Shown: in pieces, positions 7,560-15,090 of the stretch
How positions within the stretch are numbered: the first letter of the stretch is position 1
Layout: every line of letters begins with the position of its first letter
NCBI RefSeq assembly: GCF_000015805.1
Contig: NC_009073.1
Location: 750,001 to 782,000 of the forward strand
DNA from: Pyrobaculum calidifontis JCM 11548
GTDB lineage: Archaea > Thermoproteota > Thermoprotei > Thermoproteales > Thermoproteaceae
DNA length: 32,000 bases
Direction: 5' to 3'
The notes under the pieces: model-generated
Told to the model about the DNA's origin: nothing
The model's database searches: none
Seen by the model: the letters and a program-made list of their open reading frames with translations, nothing else
Made by a program: the position numbers and the translations under genes

Positions 7560-9102
7560 AAGTGTGGTAAACTCTGGATTTCTCAACAAGCCTAAAGCCC
7601 GCAGATTTGGCAAGACTCACAAACTCAGCCAAGTGCGTCTTTTTCTCCTCGTAGTACATCATCCCCAGGTACATCGACAGAGCCTCCAGTTTTGCAAATT
7701 CGACGAAGGGGTGGCCCTGCGCCAGCTCGAGGCCAGCCCTGAAAGCGGCCGCGTGCTCGACTACCCTGGCCATATCTCGGGCTAGGTATATCTCTAAGAG
7801 GGGCGCCGCGAGCGCCGGGTCGACATCGCGTGGCCAAATGTCTAACACATACGCCGCATGGTGCCTCGCCACGTTTATCACCCGCTCCTCCTCGTCTTTG
7901 AACTCCCCTGGAAATTCGTCTGCCACTATTAAAAAGCCGCCGGACTTTAAGACGGCGCTCACCTTCTCCAGAAAGACCTCAATGCCGATACGGTGGGGGG
8001 ATCCCATGGCGACTACGGCGTTGTAGCTCCTAGAGACGTCGAACTCCTTCAACACTTGCCTACACTTGCCCTTCAACATCTCCCAGAACGCGGCCTCAGG
8101 TTCTACACAGTCCGCCCGGTAGAACAAGTGGTATCCAGGCCCGGTGCCCACGTCGAGTACCTCCCTTACGCCAAGTCTTTCGACTAACTCGTTTATGTAC
8201 ACGATCTGTCTCCCATAGCCTGGGTGGTATACCTCGTATCTCGCGTAGTGGGCAGGGCTGAAAATTTCCCCAAACGTCGTCTCAGCGCTTCCAACACTCA
8301 CGTTGACGTCCATATATATGCCAAAGTACGCCAACGTCTCCACCGCCAAAAACTTCAAGGGGCCATCCCCCTCTGCGTACTTTTTAAGAGTTTCAACGTC
8401 TATATTCTTCAACGACTGTAGCAACCGCTTATGGATTTCACTGAGCCATGGGGCAATTTCCACCTCTGCCCAAAACGACCTATAGATGTATCTCCCACGT
8501 GTTGTCCCAAACTCCCTCACGTCCCCACTAGACCAAAGCCCCAGCGGCCCAGGCGGGCGTTTCACCACTCTTACGCCTAGAGGCAACTCCGCTGACTCCT
8601 TCTGCGCATAAACTAGCCTAACTATGAGTCTCGTCTCTCCGCCAAACGGGGCATAGAAGTGGGGGACGTTGCCCGGGAACTCCGTAGCTTCTCCCTCGCG
8701 TAGAAAAATAGGCGAATCTACGGGGCCCACCACCGCCGCGCCCTTTGCGACAAAGACATACTCGCTTACGACGCCGACGTGGGGCCGCGAGACGTGGACG
8801 GCGTATGGCTTAAGTCTCATTAAGTACGCTTCAAAACCGTCTCCCCGTTCGATTAATAGAACGTCAACGGAACGCTCAGACACCAAGACCCACTCTGGCA
8901 CAAGAGCCCCAAAGCCAACCTCCAAGGCGTTTGCAATCTTCCACAAAGTAGTAACGCTAGGCGCCACGCGACCCATCTCTATCTCATACAACGTAGACTT
9001 TGACACACCCGCCCTCTCCGCCAACTCGCTCAGCGATAGCCCACGCTCTCTCCTCAACGCCGCAATTCTTTCGCCGACGCTCCGCTTCAAATACTCCTCC
9101 AC
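7516..9102 (-). CDS. three-domain protein: XRE-family HTH + cupin + class I SAM-dependent methyltransferase
   Basis: 528 aa. The N-terminal RIAALRRERGLSLSELAERAGVSKSTLYEIEMGRVAPSVTTLWKIANAL is an XRE HTH. Residues ~70-165 are beta-rich and cupin-like (GEATEFPGNVPHFY). The methyltransferase motif I is VLDVGTGPGYH, with GGFLIVADEF downstream. GTG start ~25 nt from ATATTAAT (minus strand). Confidence 0.75.
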   Translation of the reverse strand: MEEYLKRSVGERIAALRRERGLSLSELAERAGVSKSTLYEIEMGRVAPSVTTLWKIANALEVGFGALVPEWVLVSERSVDVLLIERGDGFEAYLMRLKPYAVHVSRPHVGVVSEYVFVAKGAAVVGPVDSPIFLREGEATEFPGNVPHFYAPFGGETRLIVRLVYAQKESAELPLGVRVVKRPPGPLGLWSSGDVREFGTTRGRYIYRSFWAEVEIAPWLSEIHKRLLQSLKNIDVETLKKYAEGDGPLKFLAVETLAYFGIYMDVNVSVGSAETTFGEIFSPAHYARYEVYHPGYGRQIVYINELVERLGVREVLDVGTGPGYHLFYRADCVEPEAAFWEMLKGKCRQVLKEFDVSRSYNAVVAMGSPHRIGIEVFLEKVSAVLKSGGFLIVADEFPGEFKDEEERVINVARHHAAYVLDIWPRDVDPALAAPLLEIYLARDMARVVEHAAAFRAGLELAQGHPFVEFAKLEALSMYLGMMYYEEKKTHLAEFVSLAKSAGFRLVEKSRVYHTYGDGGTYVLLFERV

Positions 9103-9143
9103 GTTCTAAAAATAGAACAAATTAATATGTTTTTTCGGAGAAG

Positions 9144-9617
9144 CTAACTGGATTTAGAAAGCCTCTGTAATACCTTTGCCTCCAACCGCTTAAGTATTTC
9201 GTATATCTCTTTCAGAGTGTCGGCGTTTCCGTCTTCCACTTCGTCGAAGACCTCCTCTATGTACGCCAGCTCGTCTCTAATAGCGGCGAGGAAGTCCGCC
9301 CCGCCGGGGCCCCTCTCAAGCTCCTGCAATAGTTGGACAAACTCTGGATTTTCCTCAAGCTCCTTTAGATATGCCTCCCCCGCCTGCGTCAAGGCGTATA
9401 CCTTCTTCCTACGCCTCCCCACATACACCTCCCTGGCCTCCACAAGCCCCTCGGCCTCTAAATACGAGAGCAGTGGGTAGAGAGAGCCGGGCGACGGAGT
9501 GAAGCGACCGCCAGTAAGCTTGGCCAACTCCTTGAGAATCTCGTAGCCGCTCAGAGGCCTTGACTTAAGCATGTAGAGCACTACCCCCTTGTAGAGGCCG
9601 CGCCTACGTTTAAACAT
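9144..9617 (-). CDS. PadR-family transcriptional regulator
   Basis: LKSRPLSGYEILKELAKLTGGRFTPSPGSLYPLLSYLEAEGLVE is the PadR winged-helix signature. The start overlaps the nadE stop by 8 nt, so the two are likely co-transcribed. Confidence 0.85.
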   Translation of the reverse strand: MFKRRRGLYKGVVLYMLKSRPLSGYEILKELAKLTGGRFTPSPGSLYPLLSYLEAEGLVEAREVYVGRRRKKVYALTQAGEAYLKELEENPEFVQLLQELERGPGGADFLAAIRDELAYIEEVFDEVEDGNADTLKEIYEILKRLEAKVLQRLSKSS

Positions 9618-10440
9618 TCCTCCTCGCGGGGGCTAGGTCGGGGATGGGAGGCGGGTTAAGCTTGTGCCTATTCCGCTGCACTCTCTGGAGCACTAGGTCA
9701 ACCACTGGGCCGTACACCCTCTTCACCTCATCCACGGGCTTCCCCATGTCAAATACGGCGAAAAGTATGGGGTCTATTACGTCGTAGGTAGCGCCGAGCT
9801 CCGCCTCGGCCATGTGCCCAGGCCAGAGCCGGGGGCTACTGGGCTTAGCCGCTATTTTAGAAAAGCCCAGCCGCCTAGCCATCTCTCTCACCTGGAGCTT
9901 GTAAAGGCCGCCGATGGGCAACAGATCCACGCCGCCGTCCCCGTACTTGGTGAAATACCCCAAGAGAAGCTCGCTCCTATCCCCAGTCCCCAACACCAGC
10001 AAGTTGTCCCTATTGGCGTAGTAGTAGAGTATGGTCATCCTAATCCTCGGGAGGAGGTTCCCCGACGCCAGCCTATCCTCTACGTAGTCCGGTATAGACC
10101 TCTTAAAGCTCTCCACAATCGGCGTAATGTCCACCTTCCTCATGCGAATCCCCAGCCTCTCCGCCACCTCCTCAGCGTCTCGCACATCCTCCACAGGCGT
10201 AAAGACCGACGGCATTATCAACCCCAGAACTCTCTCACTCCCAAGCGCCTTGACCGCAAGCGCCGCCGCCACCGTGGAGTCAATCCCACCACTAAGCCCC
10301 ACAACTACGCCCCGCGCACCTGCCTCACCCACCTGCCTCACTATAAACTCTACAATTATTGAAGCCGCCTTGTCGTAGTCCACCGCGTCGACGACAGACT
10401 TAGGATCCACAGACAGAAAACAAGACACCTTTTTAAACAA
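9610..10440 (-). CDS. nadE: NH3-dependent NAD+ synthetase
   Basis: PP-loop VVGLSGGIDSTV, with typical NadE length and C-terminus. The track start is TTG 10440. TTTAAAAAG at 10428-10436 (minus strand) looks like the TATA box, so the true leaderless start is more likely GTG 10410 (VDPKSVVDAVDYDKAA...). Confidence 0.9.
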   Translation of the reverse strand: MFKKVSCFLSVDPKSVVDAVDYDKAASIIVEFIVRQVGEAGARGVVVGLSGGIDSTVAAALAVKALGSERVLGLIMPSVFTPVEDVRDAEEVAERLGIRMRKVDITPIVESFKRSIPDYVEDRLASGNLLPRIRMTILYYYANRDNLLVLGTGDRSELLLGYFTKYGDGGVDLLPIGGLYKLQVREMARRLGFSKIAAKPSSPRLWPGHMAEAELGATYDVIDPILFAVFDMGKPVDEVKRVYGPVVDLVLQRVQRNRHKLNPPPIPDLAPARRNV

Positions 10441-10628
10441 CAGAACCCCCCACGCGATGCCCTTTCCCCGACATTACCATGGGTCCCAACTCGCTCACAC
10501 ACGAGCCCAAATCACCTCTTCTACGACTCGTCAACCTTTAGCTGTAGATTTTTGCCGCTCCTTAGCTTTACACACCTGTGACGCCGTTAACTCTCGCCGG
10601 GTTAAGCCGACGCTTTCAATTGTGCCCA

Positions 10629-10668
10629 GTTAACCTGGCTCTAGGCAGTTGAAATATTACAGGTTAAC
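10629..10668. repeat. perfect 9-bp inverted repeat GTTAACCTG / CAGGTTAAC with 22-nt spacer
   Basis: Read directly at 10629-10637 and 10660-10668. It is one of four GTTAA(C/G) copies within 85 bp (10586, 10601, 10629, 10663). Confidence 0.9.
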
Positions 10669-10712
10669 GCGGCCCTGTTTTAAATTCGCCGTCTACGCCT
10701 TCAACTCTCTCG

Positions 10713-10744
10713 TGCGTGTTAGCTTGGGCAAGCTAACACACGCA
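10713..10744. repeat. 14-bp hairpin-forming inverted repeat (TGCGTGTTAGCTTG / CAAGCTAA-CA-CACGCA)
   Basis: Position 10713-10726 pairs with 10729-10744, with a 2-nt bulge and a very short loop. Read directly. Confidence 0.85.
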
Positions 10745-10787
10745 TCCCTGCCCGACGGTGTGGACCCATTTTGCACAGATTTTTCTT

Positions 10788-10817
10788 TATTCTCACCGGA
10801 ATATTCCTATGAGAATA
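10788..10817. repeat. nested palindrome: TATTCTCA..TGAGAATA arms enclosing the 10-bp palindrome GGAATATTCC
   Basis: Outer arms at 10788-10795 / 10810-10817 (8 bp, perfect). Inner palindrome at 10798-10807. Read directly. Confidence 0.9.
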
Positions 10818-11161
10818 GAAGAGGGGGGTGTCGCAAGCTTAAGTGAGCATGTGGCTGGCTGTTGCTGTACGGCAGAGGGAAGAACGACGATTGTAAAGAC
10901 ATACACAAACTACTGTACTTTGTAGCTCAACGCCGAATACCATTGGGACGAGTTGGTGGCACTGGACGGGACGCTGAGGGGGCGGAGGCCGTCCTTAGAA
11001 GGGGAGGCGTCGTTGTTATATGCAAGTTTAAACGCCGCGGGGTCTAGCCATGGCATTGTGGAATAAACGTTCTCAAAGAAGAGCCTTCTCTTTGGTCTGC
11101 TTCTGTCTACCTAATTGGACCTCCAGTTTACAATATTTGGGAGATATAAATCTGTGTTTTG

Positions 11162-11215
11162 CTGTTGTTTACAGAGTTTAAATAGTGTATTGTTTTGTTC
11201 TTGTCTGTTGTTTAC
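11162..11215. repeat. 11-bp direct repeat CTGTTGTTTAC x2 inside a ~90-bp AT-rich, T-tract-rich segment
   Basis: Copies at 11162-11172 and 11205-11215; the second overlaps the nadM stop codon. The surrounding 11127-11215 is much more AT-rich than the window as a whole and carries plus-strand T-tracts (TGTTTT, TTGTTT, TTGTTTTGTT). Confidence 0.8.
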
Positions 11216-11748
11216 CACATATGTGGCTCTGCCTCGCCGAGTGATGCTATTCTTAGTCTTTCTTCTCCACCTACCTGTTTTATTATTGCCGCCACTGAGG
11301 CTGGTACAAGCTCTTCCCACTTGGGGTCTCTGCGTATAATCAAATCACGTACCCTCGTGGAGCTGTAGAGGTCTCTGCGGTACAGCGGCTGTTGCCGCAC
11401 CTCGTAGCCGGCTTGTCTAAAGAGGAGGGCTACGAAGGGGTTCCCCGTGTATACCACGTGGAACGGCGGGACGTACGACTTGACCCTCCCGAGCCACTCC
11501 AAGTTGTTCTCCACGTTTGGTATAGGGACAATAATGACGCGGCTTAGGTCAACTCTGCCCTCTCTGAGGGCCTCTCTAAGCATCCATATCCTCTCCCCCG
11601 CGGTGAAGGGGTCCTTGGCTATGTAGTTAAATTGGGCGGAGCCCACCGCGGCGATGACCTCGTCTACTTCCCTTAGAATTTCTCTAATGGCGTATACGTG
11701 GCCCCAGTGCGGCGGCTGAAAGCGCCCGGGAAACAATGCGCGCATCAC
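11212..11748 (-). CDS. nadM: nicotinamide-nucleotide adenylyltransferase (archaeal NMNAT)
   Basis: RALFPGRFQPPHWGHVYAIREIL is the archaeal NMNAT (H/T)xGH nucleotidyltransferase motif. 178 aa. The start overlaps the pheS stop by 4 nt. Confidence 0.9.
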   Translation of the reverse strand: MMRALFPGRFQPPHWGHVYAIREILREVDEVIAAVGSAQFNYIAKDPFTAGERIWMLREALREGRVDLSRVIIVPIPNVENNLEWLGRVKSYVPPFHVVYTGNPFVALLFRQAGYEVRQQPLYRRDLYSSTRVRDLIIRRDPKWEELVPASVAAIIKQVGGEERLRIASLGEAEPHMW

Positions 11749-13211
11749 AGAGTGTACTTGATTCCCCTAGTCCCCACTCCCCGTCTGTACTTTTCCCACC
11801 TGGCGTAGTACTCCCTTAACTTGTCTAGGTCTTTTGTAAATAGGTCTCTTATGTCGTCTATGCCCAGGAGTATCATGGCCACGCGGTCTAGGCCCCACCC
11901 CCATGCCAATACTCTGCTGTTTTTCACGCCAAGCGGCTCAGTGACCTCAGGCCTAAATATGCCCGCGCCGCCGAACTCCACCCAGCCGAGGGTTGGATGC
12001 TCGGCGTAGACCTCGACGGAGGGCGAGGTGAAGGGGAAGTAGGCTGGCCTAAACTTCACTCTCCCCATGCCGAGGGCCTTGGCGATTTGTTCCAGCTGGC
12101 CTAGCAGGTGCTTGAAGGTGAGGCCTGGCCCCACCACTATTCCGTCGAGCTGGTGGAACTCCATGCTGTGTTTGGGGTCGAGCTTCTCCGGCCTAAACAC
12201 TCTGCCAATTGTAAACACCTTGTAGGCCCCCTCGCCCCTCTCCGCCAGCGCCCTTATGGTGGTGGCAGTCGTCTGCGTGCGCAAGACGAGGTTGAGCGCC
12301 TTCTGAGGGCTCCACTTGTAGCGCCACTTCTCCTCGTGCACCCTCCCCACCGCCTCCATGAGGTGTCTGGGGGGCTCCTCCCGGGGCCCGTCCCAATGCA
12401 CGTAGAAGGTGTCGTGGACCTCCCTAGCTGGGTGGTCTTGGGCTTGGAAGAGAGCGTCGAAGTTCCAGAACTCCACCTCGAGTATGGGGCCTCTCACTTC
12501 TTCGAAGCCGAGTCCCACCATGACCTCTCGGACGTAGTTTAGAAACTCGTTGAAGAAGTGGGGCACGGGGGCTGGGTACTGGGGCGGCTCTATGGAGAGG
12601 TCGAAGGGCTTTAGGTAGTACTCGCGCCAGCGGCCAGTGGCGATGTCCTCGCTCGTCAACGCGGTCTTAACCTCAGCCGGCTTTACTGAGTCAAGCGGCG
12701 CCGCCGCTTTTACGTATATCAGGGTCTTCTCCACCTTCTTCACGAGCTTTCGGCGTAGAAATTCTTGGAGGAGGTCGGGCGGCGCCGAATCCAACTGGGC
12801 GAGAGCCCTCTGCTTTTCTTCAATTGAGGCAAGTACTCTCTCATAGACGTCTCTGCTCAACTCAATGACGCCGCCCCTGGGCTTGACGCCGAGCTTTGCC
12901 AAATTGGCTAGGGCTAGGGGGGCCTCTGGGTGTTTAAGTTCTATTACGCATCGCGCCTCGTCGCAGACGGCCGCCTTGAGGAGTTTGTACTCTGGGAGAC
13001 CCTCTCTAACTCTGAGCGCACCCTCCTCTGTGAGCTCGTAGGCGACTGCGTAACGTTTATCTACTTGGAGCACCCCCTTGGCCCTTCCCTCCTCTACATA
13101 TCTCATCAAGCTCTCCTGCGTCACGCCGAGTTCGCGGGCTATTTCATCTAGTGGCCGCCACTCCTGCGCCCTTTTTACAATTTCATACAGCGGGGGAGGT
13201 AAAACGAGCAT
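11745..13211 (-). CDS. pheS: phenylalanine--tRNA ligase alpha subunit
   Basis: 488 aa of archaeal type. Class II motifs include FRPEKLDPKHSMEFHQLDG, FRPAYFPFTSPSVEVY and GAGIFRPEV. Confidence 0.95.
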   Translation of the reverse strand: MLVLPPPLYEIVKRAQEWRPLDEIARELGVTQESLMRYVEEGRAKGVLQVDKRYAVAYELTEEGALRVREGLPEYKLLKAAVCDEARCVIELKHPEAPLALANLAKLGVKPRGGVIELSRDVYERVLASIEEKQRALAQLDSAPPDLLQEFLRRKLVKKVEKTLIYVKAAAPLDSVKPAEVKTALTSEDIATGRWREYYLKPFDLSIEPPQYPAPVPHFFNEFLNYVREVMVGLGFEEVRGPILEVEFWNFDALFQAQDHPAREVHDTFYVHWDGPREEPPRHLMEAVGRVHEEKWRYKWSPQKALNLVLRTQTTATTIRALAERGEGAYKVFTIGRVFRPEKLDPKHSMEFHQLDGIVVGPGLTFKHLLGQLEQIAKALGMGRVKFRPAYFPFTSPSVEVYAEHPTLGWVEFGGAGIFRPEVTEPLGVKNSRVLAWGWGLDRVAMILLGIDDIRDLFTKDLDKLREYYARWEKYRRGVGTRGIKYTL

Positions 13212-13243
13212 GTGGTCTGAAAAATGTGGGTTTATGTATTGAA

Positions 13244-13507
13244 CTAGCGGCCCTTGAGGAGGGGCAGTGGGGGTTCCTCCTCTTTCTCCTCCTCTCTGGC
13301 CGCCTTTGTCTTAAACACCTCTTTATACAGGAGGTCGCGCAGCGCCGCTCTAATCGCCTCGCTCCTATTGGGGAATATGCCGCGTCTCACCAGCTCGTCA
13401 AGCTCCTCGAGCATTTTCTTTGGCACGTGGACGGATATGAGCGTCATTCTGTCCTGGCTCTTGCTCCTCGGCATGTAGACTATTTTCCCCGCGTTAATAA
13501 AGGTCAT
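13244..13507 (-). CDS. ribbon-helix-helix (CopG/NikR-N-like) DNA-binding protein with charged C-terminal tail
   Basis: MTLISVHVPKKMLEELDELVRRGIFPNRSEAIRAALRDLL is a textbook RHH. The likely real start is ATG 13474 (MPRSKSQDRMTLIS...), ~24 nt after CTTTATTAA on the minus strand. Confidence 0.8.
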   Translation of the reverse strand: MTFINAGKIVYMPRSKSQDRMTLISVHVPKKMLEELDELVRRGIFPNRSEAIRAALRDLLYKEVFKTKAAREEEKEEEPPLPLLKGR

Positions 13508-13527
13508 TCCCCGATAATACCCCCGTA

Positions 13528-13845
13528 CTATGCGCTTATCTTAAGCTTGGCCGAGGCAATTGCTTTCAAAAGCTGTTCCAACACGGCGTAGCGCGGCAGT
13601 GTGGCAAGCCGCCTCGCGAGTTTTTTCAACTTCTCCAAGTCCTCCTCCGATAGCGGCCTTAGACGGCCCTCCTTGTCGTAGGAGAGCCATCTCCCACGCT
13701 CATATATGTAGCCCATGTCGCCCATGTAGATCTCGGCGTAGAGCCCCCTGCCCCTGCTCTCTGCAAAAACAACCACGTCGTCCACCTCCAATTCCATGTA
13801 GGTGTTCTTTAGGGTAAGCCTTATGAAGGGGGCCCTAAGTCTCAC
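13528..13845 (-). CDS. hypothetical protein, 105 aa
   Basis: Clean ORF with TTTTTATATAGG (minus strand) upstream. No motif recognised. Confidence 0.5.
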   Translation of the reverse strand: MRLRAPFIRLTLKNTYMELEVDDVVVFAESRGRGLYAEIYMGDMGYIYERGRWLSYDKEGRLRPLSEEDLEKLKKLARRLATLPRYAVLEQLLKAIASAKLKISA

Positions 13846-13880
13846 GACCCAGTGTTGATACTCCTATATAAAAATAACCG

Positions 13881-15005
13881 TCAAGCAGCCTCCGGCTGCC
13901 CCACTCCAACGGTGTTCCCCACCCCCACCAACAACACGGACTCCCCCACGCCCACGTTGTTGACTATAAATTCGAGGACTCTCTTAGTGGTCAACTGAAC
14001 CGCGTTGTATATTTCACTGGTCATTGTGGTCAGCGCCTCAGACTGCCTCATCTTTATCAGGTAGGCGTAGAGTGGGACGTTGTACTTAGTGGCGTAGGTC
14101 TCTATGTTGAACTTCTCCACGCCCACCCCTCCCATGGCCACGCCGACGCCCTCGGCCACCTCCCCCGTCTTCTCGCCCTCCAGCCTCAGAGCCGCGTCCA
14201 CAGTAATAATGTACTTAGGAGTCGCCTTCAGCGTGTTGAAGACGTACTCCACAGCCTCGTCTAGCCTCCCCACTGTGCTACCGGGCCCCCTCGCCTTCAC
14301 CACGTAGACCCTCCTCCCCTGGTAGTCACACTCGGCCACCACGGTGTCTTTCACGTCGTGGTAGTACTTGACGGCAGAGCACTGGCTGAGCACGTTGTAG
14401 GCCACCAGCGGCCCCGCGCTGTCGCCTATGGGGATCCCCTTTATGAACGAGCTGACCGCCTCGTTGACCGTGTCCGTCAACTCCTTCAACAGGGGTAGCA
14501 ACATCGTGAGCTGAATCACTAGGTAGAAGGCCTTATACCTCTTGGCGGTCTTATAGTAGTGGTCAACCACCTTGTATATGAAGTTCATGTAGCGGAGTGC
14601 CTCCACGGCGGTGGCCAAGTTCTTGACGGCGACGCCGTCTTCCACAATTTTGCCGATCTCCCCCTCGTAAGTGCTTTGATACGTGTTCAAGATGTGCTTA
14701 TACTTAGGCACAATCCCACTGGGGTCAAGCGACGTTGGCTCAATCACGGCGAAATCCACCATCCTCTTCAACGTCGACTCCAACTGCTGCCTTTGCACAT
14801 CGCGCTTCTTTGCTTTCTCAAGCGCTGAAAGCACATTAGCAGAGGCCGTGTTCAACAACTGGCCCAGATACGTCAAAAAGCCGCTGACCTGGCTGAGGTA
14901 CCTCCACATCTGGAAGTCCTGCAGAAGGAAGATGAACGCTATCCATATGAACATCGTAATTAAGTACCACAGCGGGTCTGTTCCCCCAGCCACTTGGGCA
15001 AACAT
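13881..15005 (-). CDS. conserved archaeal membrane-anchored protein, DUF1512-like (tentative)
   Basis: 374 aa with one N-terminal TM helix (LWYLITMFIWIAFIFLL) and a soluble domain (..ARGPGSTVGRLDEAVEYVF..VDAALRLEGEKTGEVAEGVGVAMGG..). Size and layout match my recollection of the DUF1512 family. TATA CTTTTTAAAGAC (minus strand) lies ~25 nt upstream of ATG 15005. Confidence 0.5.
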   Translation of the reverse strand: MFAQVAGGTDPLWYLITMFIWIAFIFLLQDFQMWRYLSQVSGFLTYLGQLLNTASANVLSALEKAKKRDVQRQQLESTLKRMVDFAVIEPTSLDPSGIVPKYKHILNTYQSTYEGEIGKIVEDGVAVKNLATAVEALRYMNFIYKVVDHYYKTAKRYKAFYLVIQLTMLLPLLKELTDTVNEAVSSFIKGIPIGDSAGPLVAYNVLSQCSAVKYYHDVKDTVVAECDYQGRRVYVVKARGPGSTVGRLDEAVEYVFNTLKATPKYIITVDAALRLEGEKTGEVAEGVGVAMGGVGVEKFNIETYATKYNVPLYAYLIKMRQSEALTTMTSEIYNAVQLTTKRVLEFIVNNVGVGESVLLVGVGNTVGVGQPEAA

Positions 15006-15030
15006 CGTCTAAGGCTACTTATGTCTTTAA

Positions 15031-15090
15031 AAAGTTTCAGAATTCGAGGGCTACATCACATGTCACCTAGAATCCCCTCATCACACCTCT
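15031..15090 (-). ncRNA. C/D box sRNA (2'-O-methylation guide) candidate
   Basis: Minus strand reads AGAGGU-GUGAUGA(C)-GGGGAUUCUAG-GUGA(D')-CAU-GUGAUGU(C')-AGCCCUCGAAUU-CUGA(D)-AACUUU. The C box is perfect and the D box is perfect. Guides are 11 and 12 nt, the D'/C' loop is 3 nt, and the flanks AGAGGU/AACUUU can form a terminal stem. The C box contains the stop codon (15083-15081) of the upstream gene. Confidence 0.55.

Noticed and set aside
10960-11135. Replication origin hypothesis for the long gap (ORB-like cores TCCAGTG at ~10961-10973 minus and CTCCAGTTTACAA at ~11121-11133 plus, with an AT-rich block nearby)
   Set aside because: There are only two partial matches to the Sulfolobus-type ORB core and no G-string element. 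The AT-rich block is not between them, and no orc1/cdc6 gene is in the window. The evidence is insufficient. The gap is reported as unexplained rather than as an origin.
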